Source of the DNA: an uncultured Actinomycetota bacterium
GTDB lineage: Bacteria; Actinomycetota; Actinomycetes; Mycobacteriales; Pseudonocardiaceae
NCBI GenBank assembly: GCA_963799945.1
Contig: CAWCZG010000007.1
Location: 404,440-468,439 of the forward strand
DNA: 64,000 bases
Direction: 5' to 3'
The translations under genes and the position numbers were made by a program. Shown here piece by piece: positions 57,838-64,000 of the stretch (positions are counted from its first letter, which is position 1; each line of letters begins with the position of its first letter). The notes beneath the pieces were generated by a model. It was not told the DNA's origin and made no database searches. It was given only the letters and a program-made list of their open reading frames with translations.

Positions 57838-58646
57838 CCACGCAGATCGCCAGGATCACCGCCGACGACGCAGGCTGGAAGTATCTCGGCGCCGAGATCG
57901 TGTCGCTCACGGCAGGCGAGCGGCTCGATGTTCACAGCGACACCCACGAGATCGCCGTCGTGCTAGTCGAGGGCACGATCGAGGTGCACGGTGCCGGGCT
58001 AGACGAGCGGGTCAGCCGCGGCAGCGTCTTCTCCGAGATGGCCGACGTTGCCTACCTGCCGCCCCACACCCCCGTCACCGTCGCCGCCCTCATCGACTCC
58101 GAGATCGCGCTGGGCACCGCTCCGGCCCAGGGCCGCCACCCCGCCCGTATGGTGCGCCGCCACGAGATGGCCAGTGTGATCCGCGGCGGCGGCAACGCCG
58201 TCCGTCAGGTCACATCACCGCTGGCCGATCCCATCCCGGCGGAGAGCCTGATCGTCTATGAGGCCTGGGTCCCCCGCGGGGGCTACGCGGGTTGGCCTCC
58301 ACACCGGCACGACGGAGTCGACGATTCGCCCTATCTGGAGGAGACCTACTACTTCCGGTTCGACCGCGAGGTCGGCTTCGGCTGGCACCGGAACTTCGCC
58401 GCCGACCTCGATCTGGACGACTCGTTCTCGATCAGAAATCGCTCGCTCGTGCCGGTACCGGCCGGCTATCACCTATGTACGGCGGGCCCGGCCGCGAACA
58501 TGTGGATCCTCAACTTCCTCGCCGGGGCACCGGGCGACCGTCCCCGCCCGCCGTGTTTCGACCCGGCGGAGACCTGGATCAACGCCGACTGGGAGCGCGG
58601 GATGCTCGCACTTCCGGCGGTCGACCCGGCCACCCCGCCACACTGA
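57834..58646 (+). CDS. iolB: 5-deoxy-glucuronate isomerase
   Basis: GWKY, RGGGNAVRQV, GWPPHRHD, LEETYYFR, VPAGYH. Confidence 0.92.
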   Translation: MTTQIARITADDAGWKYLGAEIVSLTAGERLDVHSDTHEIAVVLVEGTIEVHGAGLDERVSRGSVFSEMADVAYLPPHTPVTVAALIDSEIALGTAPAQGRHPARMVRRHEMASVIRGGGNAVRQVTSPLADPIPAESLIVYEAWVPRGGYAGWPPHRHDGVDDSPYLEETYYFRFDREVGFGWHRNFAADLDLDDSFSIRNRSLVPVPAGYHLCTAGPAANMWILNFLAGAPGDRPRPPCFDPAETWINADWERGMLALPAVDPATPPH

Positions 58647-58959
58647 TACCGCCCCCACGGCACGTCTGGGCGCCTCACCACGCAGGAGGTTCTCGACGAC
58701 CCGACTGTGGACACCTGACCTGCCCGCAGCGGTTGCGACATCGCGCTGGACGCGATGCCCCCTACCCGTCCGGCGCCAATGGGGGTCGAGAGGCTGACCC
58801 GGCCGTGCTGCGAAGCGCGGATCCTGCTGCCGTGCGAGATCCGGGTTCCCTGGTCGTCGGGAGGCGACTGACAGTGGTGTGGGACCGGTTCTGCGGCCGC
58901 CGCGATAGCCGCGGGCGTCGCGCGACCGCGACACCATCAACACCGAGAGGAACGAGTCC

Positions 58960-59907
58960 GTGAGCGACGCAGTCGACGTCAGCGGTCCGCACGTGGCAGG
59001 TGCCCCGGTCTCCTGGGGTCTATGTGAGGTCCCGGGATGGGGCTATCAGATGTCCGCCCATCGGGTGCTCCGCGAGATGCACGAGGTTGGTCTCAGGGCC
59101 ACCGAGTTCGGACCTCCGCATTTTCTGCCGGAGGACCGCGGCCATGCGAAGGAGCTACTTGCCGACCACGGCATGGCCGCGGTGGGCGGCTTCGCCCCGA
59201 TCGTCCTGCACGACCCGAATCACGACCCCGTCGCCGAGTTCCGGAGCTTCCTCGCTGGCTGCCGTGCGGCCGGAGCCGACACGATGGTCATCGCGGCCGC
59301 GACCGGCACCGACGGCTACGACCGGCGCCCCGAACTCACCGACGGGGGCTGGCGGGCCCTGGTCGACAACCTCGCTACCGCCGAGATGCTGGCTGCGGAT
59401 TCCGGCATCAATGCCGTGCTACATCCCCACATCGGCACCATGATCGAGGTGCCCGACGAGATCCACCGCCTCCTCGATCGCTCGTCCATCCCGCTCTGCC
59501 TCGACACCGGCCACCTGCTCGTCGCCGGCGGGAACCCGGTGGAGCTGGCCCGCCAGGCGGGCGATCGCGTGGCCCACGTTCATCTCAAGGACGTGGATCT
59601 CGGGCTGGCGCAACGGGTCCAATCCGGAGATATCGCCTACAGTTCCGCGGTCCGCGAGGGCATGTACCTCCCCCTCGGGGACGGCGACGTCGATCTCGAG
59701 GAGCTGATTCACCAGCTGGGCTGCTACTTCTACACGGGCTGGTACGTCCTCGAGCAGGACACCATGCTCGGCGGTGCACCCATCGGACAGGGTCCGATCA
59801 GCGACGTCCGCAAGAGCCTCGACTACCTGACCACTCTGGGCCTGTCGGGAGCGGAAGCGATCAAGGGTCCACCGGAATCGGCCCGGCCCTCGTCGTCGTT
59901 CCGTTAG
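58960..59907 (+). CDS. iolE: Inosose dehydratase / sugar phosphate isomerase-epimerase TIM barrel
   Basis: AGAPVSWGLCEVPGWG, HPHIGT, LDTGH, HVHLKD, WYVLEQD. Confidence 0.8.
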   Translation: MSDAVDVSGPHVAGAPVSWGLCEVPGWGYQMSAHRVLREMHEVGLRATEFGPPHFLPEDRGHAKELLADHGMAAVGGFAPIVLHDPNHDPVAEFRSFLAGCRAAGADTMVIAAATGTDGYDRRPELTDGGWRALVDNLATAEMLAADSGINAVLHPHIGTMIEVPDEIHRLLDRSSIPLCLDTGHLLVAGGNPVELARQAGDRVAHVHLKDVDLGLAQRVQSGDIAYSSAVREGMYLPLGDGDVDLEELIHQLGCYFYTGWYVLEQDTMLGGAPIGQGPISDVRKSLDYLTTLGLSGAEAIKGPPESARPSSSFR

Positions 59908-59982
59908 GCCGGCGAAAGTCCGGTTAGATGGAGACCAGCTTGGGCAGGATTCGCCTGGCGATCCCCGCCAATTGTTGCGCGG

Positions 59983-61264
59983 TCAGAACCGGTTCACTGA
60001 CCGCCGGCCTCTGCCGACGACGCGGACCAGGCGGCTGCCGAGCACACGGACCATGCGGGAGAGGACCGAACCCACGAGCAGGCCCGTCGCGATTGCGCCG
60101 GTCACCGCCAGCACATCGAGGCCCACGGTCAGGCCCTGCCCCTCGATCGCGACCTCGCTGACTCCGATCAACCCCAGGCTGCCCGGCACCAGCAGCCAGA
60201 ACGAGGGCAGGAACACCACCAGCCGCGGCATCCGCCGGTCGACCAGCTCGGCCGTCGTCGCGCCGAGGCTCGCTGCGATGGCGCCGAGGAAGCTCCCCAG
60301 CGCGGGCGAGCCCAGGTGTTGCCCTCCCAGTTGAGCCAGGAAGGTCAGCGCCAGGATCCCCAGCACCCACGGCGTCAACCGCACGGGCACGCTTTGCGTC
60401 AAGGCGATTCCGATCCCGATCACGACCAGCCCTAGAGGCGCCGCCCAGCCGCCCAGCTCGGACACCCGGATGTTGGCCAGCACCATCGGCGGCGTCCGCA
60501 GCAGAGTGGCCGCTGCTGCGATGCCCAGAGCGAACAGCATCAGCTGCACTGTGCCGTAGAGAAGCCGCGACGATCCCGCGACCATTGCGCCCGCGGCCAG
60601 CTCGGACAGCCCGGTCACGATCAGCGCACCGGGTAGCAGCACCGCCAGCGGCGGCAGCACCGTGCGCAGCGCGCCCGTCAGCAGGCCGGCGTCGGCGGCC
60701 GCGAACACCAGAGATGACACCACGAAACCGGCCACCGTCGGCAGCAGCGCCAGCAGGGTCGGATGCCGCTGCGCGACCCGGACCAACCCGACGACGACCG
60801 CGCCGCATACCGCCGACATAACGACATTGGCCACGCCCGGCTGCAGGATGAGGCAGATGCCGACCGCGACCGGGACAAGGCCCAGATCGGCCACCCAGCT
60901 GGGGATAGAGGAGCGGCTTGCCGCGCAGCCCCGTCAGCCGGTCGATCGCCTGCTCGACGTCGATCTGGTCGGTGAGCAGCTGATGTCGGATGAGCCGCAC
61001 ATCGGCGGCCTGGTCGAGCCGTAGCGGACCCTCGACTGACTCATACGCTGCCGGTTCACCGCTGGCCAGGCCGACGTGCAAGCCGGTGGGTCCGGCCGCG
61101 ATCTGAACGTCGGGCGCGCCGAAGCCACGACCCACCTCGCGCAGTTCCTCCTCGATCTCATCGACCGGCTGACCAGTGGCGATCATCGCCGAGCCGAGGA
61201 ACGCGAGCAGCCGCCGCAGAGTGCGGTCAGGGTCCGCGGCCCCAATCCCTGGATCGGTCGTCAT
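59983..61264 (-). CDS. ThrE threonine/serine exporter family, +1 frameshift in the run at 60901-60904
   Basis: LRLDQ in the N-terminal frame; LLPGALIVTGLSELA, FLPSFWLLVPG in the C-terminal frame; deleting one C gives LYPSWVADLG. Confidence 0.85.
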
Positions 61265-61497
61265 GACCTGAGGGTCCCAGCAGCGCGTCGGCCGACGCGG
61301 CGGCCGGGGACGAGTGGGGCCGCCGGGCCCGGCACGGCTTCGCCCACATGTCCAAGCGCGCGCTGTTCCGACAGTTGAGTGCGATCCTGGAAGACGCTGA
61401 CACCACGTCAGGCGGGTTCGCGGCGAGTTCGCGACCGAGGTCAGACGGTGACGTCGCGGACCGGCCCTCGCCTCGCACAGCTGAATCTGGAGCATCC

Positions 61498-61974
61498 ATG
61501 CCCGACACCGTGCACGCCTACACCGCGCGCGTGACCTGGACCGGCGACCGTGGTGTCGGCACGACCAACCGGCGCGCCTACAGCCGGGACACCGAGACCA
61601 CCTCCGGTGCCAAGCCGGTGCTCGTCGGCTCGTCCGACCCGGCGTTTCGGGGTGACGCTGCCCGCTGGAACCCCGAGGAGCTGCTGCTGGTGTCGCTGTC
61701 GCAGTGTCACCTGCTGTGGTACCTCGACCTCGCTGCGCGGGCCGGTGTTGTTGTGGTGGCCTACGTCGACGACCCGGTCGGCGCCATGGCCGAGGATGCC
61801 GACGGCTCGGGCCGGTTCACGGGGGTGACCCTGCGTCCCACGGTGACGATCACCGATCCGGCGAAACCGGCCATCGCCGCCGCGCTGCATACCGAAGCGC
61901 ACACCATGTGCTTCATCGCCCGATCGGTCAACTTCCCGGTCGGCACACAGCCGACGATCACCGTCGCGGCGTGA
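61498..61974 (+). CDS. OsmC family protein
   Basis: WTG, GSSDPAFRGD, WNPEELL, CHLLWYL, CFIARSVNFPV. Confidence 0.93.
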   Translation: MPDTVHAYTARVTWTGDRGVGTTNRRAYSRDTETTSGAKPVLVGSSDPAFRGDAARWNPEELLLVSLSQCHLLWYLDLAARAGVVVVAYVDDPVGAMAEDADGSGRFTGVTLRPTVTITDPAKPAIAAALHTEAHTMCFIARSVNFPVGTQPTITVAA

Positions 61975-61993
61975 CGGCGCCGACGAGCCTGCG

Positions 61994-62643
61994 TCAGGGC
62001 GTGCGACCGGTCTCGAGGGACGCGGCGTAGGCGGCGGCCTCGGCGCGGCTGCGCAAGCCCAGTTTGGTCAGGATCGCGCTCACGTGGTGCTCGATGGTGC
62101 GCACGGAGTTGTGGTGGCGCGCGGCGATGTCGGCGTTGCTGAGCCCGTCGCGGAGCAGGTCGAGCACCTCGGACTCGCGGCGGCTGAGCGCCGCGGTGGC
62201 GTCGGCACGCCGCGGGCGGGCAGTGGCGGGCACGCCGAGTGCATTGAGCAGCAATGCGCTGGCGTCGGCCAGTGGTGAGCCGAGACGGTCGTAGATCAGG
62301 TGCGCCGCGCGGGCCTCGGTGATCGCGGCGGGTGCGTCGCCATCGGCCAACAGCCGCGCCAACGCCAGGTGCAGCTCCGCCCATGCAGACGACCCAGGAA
62401 GTCGGCGGCGACAGCGGCCCGCGCCGGGCGTTGCGCCCCGAAGGTCTGCATGCTGTCGACGAGCGCGGCGATGGCCTGTTCGGACTGGTGGAACATCGCC
62501 CGACAGATGCCGATGACCAGCTGCCGTTCGGCGGCGTCGATCCGGGTGTCCTGCTCGGCAAGCGCGAAGGCGGCCGGGAAGTCGCGGCGCGCGAGCGCGT
62601 CGTCGAGCTCGGGCCATGGGGGCCCCCCGATGTAGGCGGGCAT
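61994..62643 (-). pseudogene. LuxR-HTH regulator with out-of-frame internal deletion
   Basis: N-terminal 86 aa (...RAAVAADFLGRL) joined near 62385 to LHLALARLL...LSRRESEVLDLLRDGLSNADIA..TIEHHVSAIL. Confidence 0.7.
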
Positions 62644-62799
62644 GCCCGAGATCGTCGCAGGCGCGCGCTCCTCCAGGGAGCCTTCGGCACGGAAATGGGT
62701 GGCGAATTGGGTGGTGGCACCGCTTTGCGGATCGCCGGACGAGCGCAGCCTCCTACTGCGGGGGCTGCGCGGCCTCCCACCACTCGAGGAGGAATCGCC

Positions 62800-63587
62800 A
62801 TGACTCAGACAACGCCGGGCGTGTGCCCGGCTTTCGTCGTCGCCGCAGAGGGCTATGACCGGCTGATGGGCCGCTACCTGCCTCGCTGGGCCCGGTGTTC
62901 GCCGACGCCGCGGTCATCACCCCGGGCCTGCGGGTGCTGGACGTCGGGTGCGGACCGGGCGGGCTGACGGGGGAGCTGGTGCGCCGCTTGGGAGCGGCCG
63001 CGGTGGCGGCCATCGACCCGTCGCCGCCGTTCGTCCAGGCGTGCCGGGAGCGCTACCCCGATGTCGACGTGCGGATCGGCGTGGCCGAGCAGCTGCCGTT
63101 TGGCGACGGGGAGTTCGACGTTGCGCTGGCCTGCCTGGTCGTCGGGTTCCTGGACGACGCGCACGCGGGCGTCGCCGAGATGGCCCGGGTGACCAGGCCG
63201 GGCGGCACGGTCGCAGCATGCTTCTGGGATGTGGCGAACATGCCCGCGATCCAGCTGTTCTGGCGCGCCGCCGCGCACGTCGACCCGGACCGCAGCGGCG
63301 AGGTCGCCCGCCTGGGCAGCCGCGCGGGCGATCTCGCCGCGCTGCTCACCCACGCAGGCCTACGCGCCGTCGAGGAGACCACGCTGGCCGCTCGCGCGAC
63401 CTACCGCGACTTCGACGACTGGTGGAGCCCGATCGCGCAGGGCATCGGACCCGCAGGCGCCTACTACCTCTCGCTCGACGACCCGCACCGTGCCGCCGTC
63501 CGCGGTGCCTGCGAGCAGCAGCTCGGACACCCCAACAGGCCCTTCGCGCTCGAAGCCAGCGCGTGGTGCGCCCGCGGCACCACATGA
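62800..63587 (+). CDS. Class I SAM methyltransferase with a one-base deletion near 62883
   Basis: GAGGAGG RBS, YDRLMGRYL in one frame, then FADAA...VLDVGCGPGGLT, AEQLPF, RPGG; adding one base gives YLPSLGPVF. Confidence 0.85.
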
Positions 63588-64000
63588 GCGCTCCACCACC
63601 GATCAGACCGCGACGGACCGAAATCTCGACAGCGATCGCTGGACAGCGGTCATCGCAGCGGACCGCTCACCTTCGCGTGGCTCGATAACGACGAGTCCGT
63701 GTCAACCGCGTGGCTCGCGAACAGCACGCCTGTCCGACCGGCGGACCGTGATCTACCTGCGCTCCCTCGACCGCGTACAGCCGAGCACCCCGGGAAGGCG
63801 TCCTACACGTCGACGCTGGGTGAGTCGCATCGGCGGCCACGGTTCAGCAGCGAGGCCGTCGACGACCTGGGCCTGAAACCCGGTGTGCTGGCGGGCGCAG
63901 CAGGTCCGGCGACGCGGTCGCCAGCTGATCGTGCAAGAAACGGGCAGGGTCGATGCTGCTCCGAGCGGTCATCGCGTAAGTCACTTTCTGAAGCACTGTG

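Noticed and set aside
60895-60910. Programmed frameshift in thrE (also considered for benD and the methyltransferase)
   Set aside because: No slippery heptamer or stimulatory structure; simple indels explain them
63846-63893. SSEAVDDLGLKPGVLA, similar to a TOBE domain fragment
   Set aside because: Only 16 residues with no start or context; too short to call
1-64000. CRISPR array, rRNA, integrase, intact transposase, reverse transcriptase or known defence operon
   Set aside because: No regularly spaced repeats or diagnostic motifs seen by eye; short degenerate elements could have been missed

Overview
High-GC actinobacterial DNA (gene content and codon usage suggest Pseudonocardiaceae; this is inference). 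The window reads as an accessory or plasticity region with no rRNA, tRNA, CRISPR array or intact transposase. Recognisable blocks are: a benzoate dioxygenase locus (benABCD plus convergent benE, with BenC carrying an extra C-terminal FCD domain); a TetR / Rieske oxygenase / family III CoA-transferase-like / CoA-ligase cassette of unknown substrate; a myo-inositol catabolic cluster (iolG, IclR, iolDCB, iolE); scattered stress and signalling genes (PP2C, GAF-ANTAR, GAF-GGDEF, SigB/F-type sigma, orphan response regulators); and many regulator-enzyme pairs. Gene decay is heavy: several genes keep only their N- and C-termini, and five otherwise intact genes carry single frameshifts that may be sequencing errors. 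Best candidates for novelty are the Rieske/CoA cassette whose CoA-transferase homologue lacks the catalytic Asp, a 14 bp + 10 bp pseudoknot-like element upstream of benA, a VapB-like/SLOG gene pair, a 114 bp CTAG-flanked MITE, and an ANTAR-type hairpin just downstream of the ANTAR gene. All calls come from reading motifs by eye; no database search was run.
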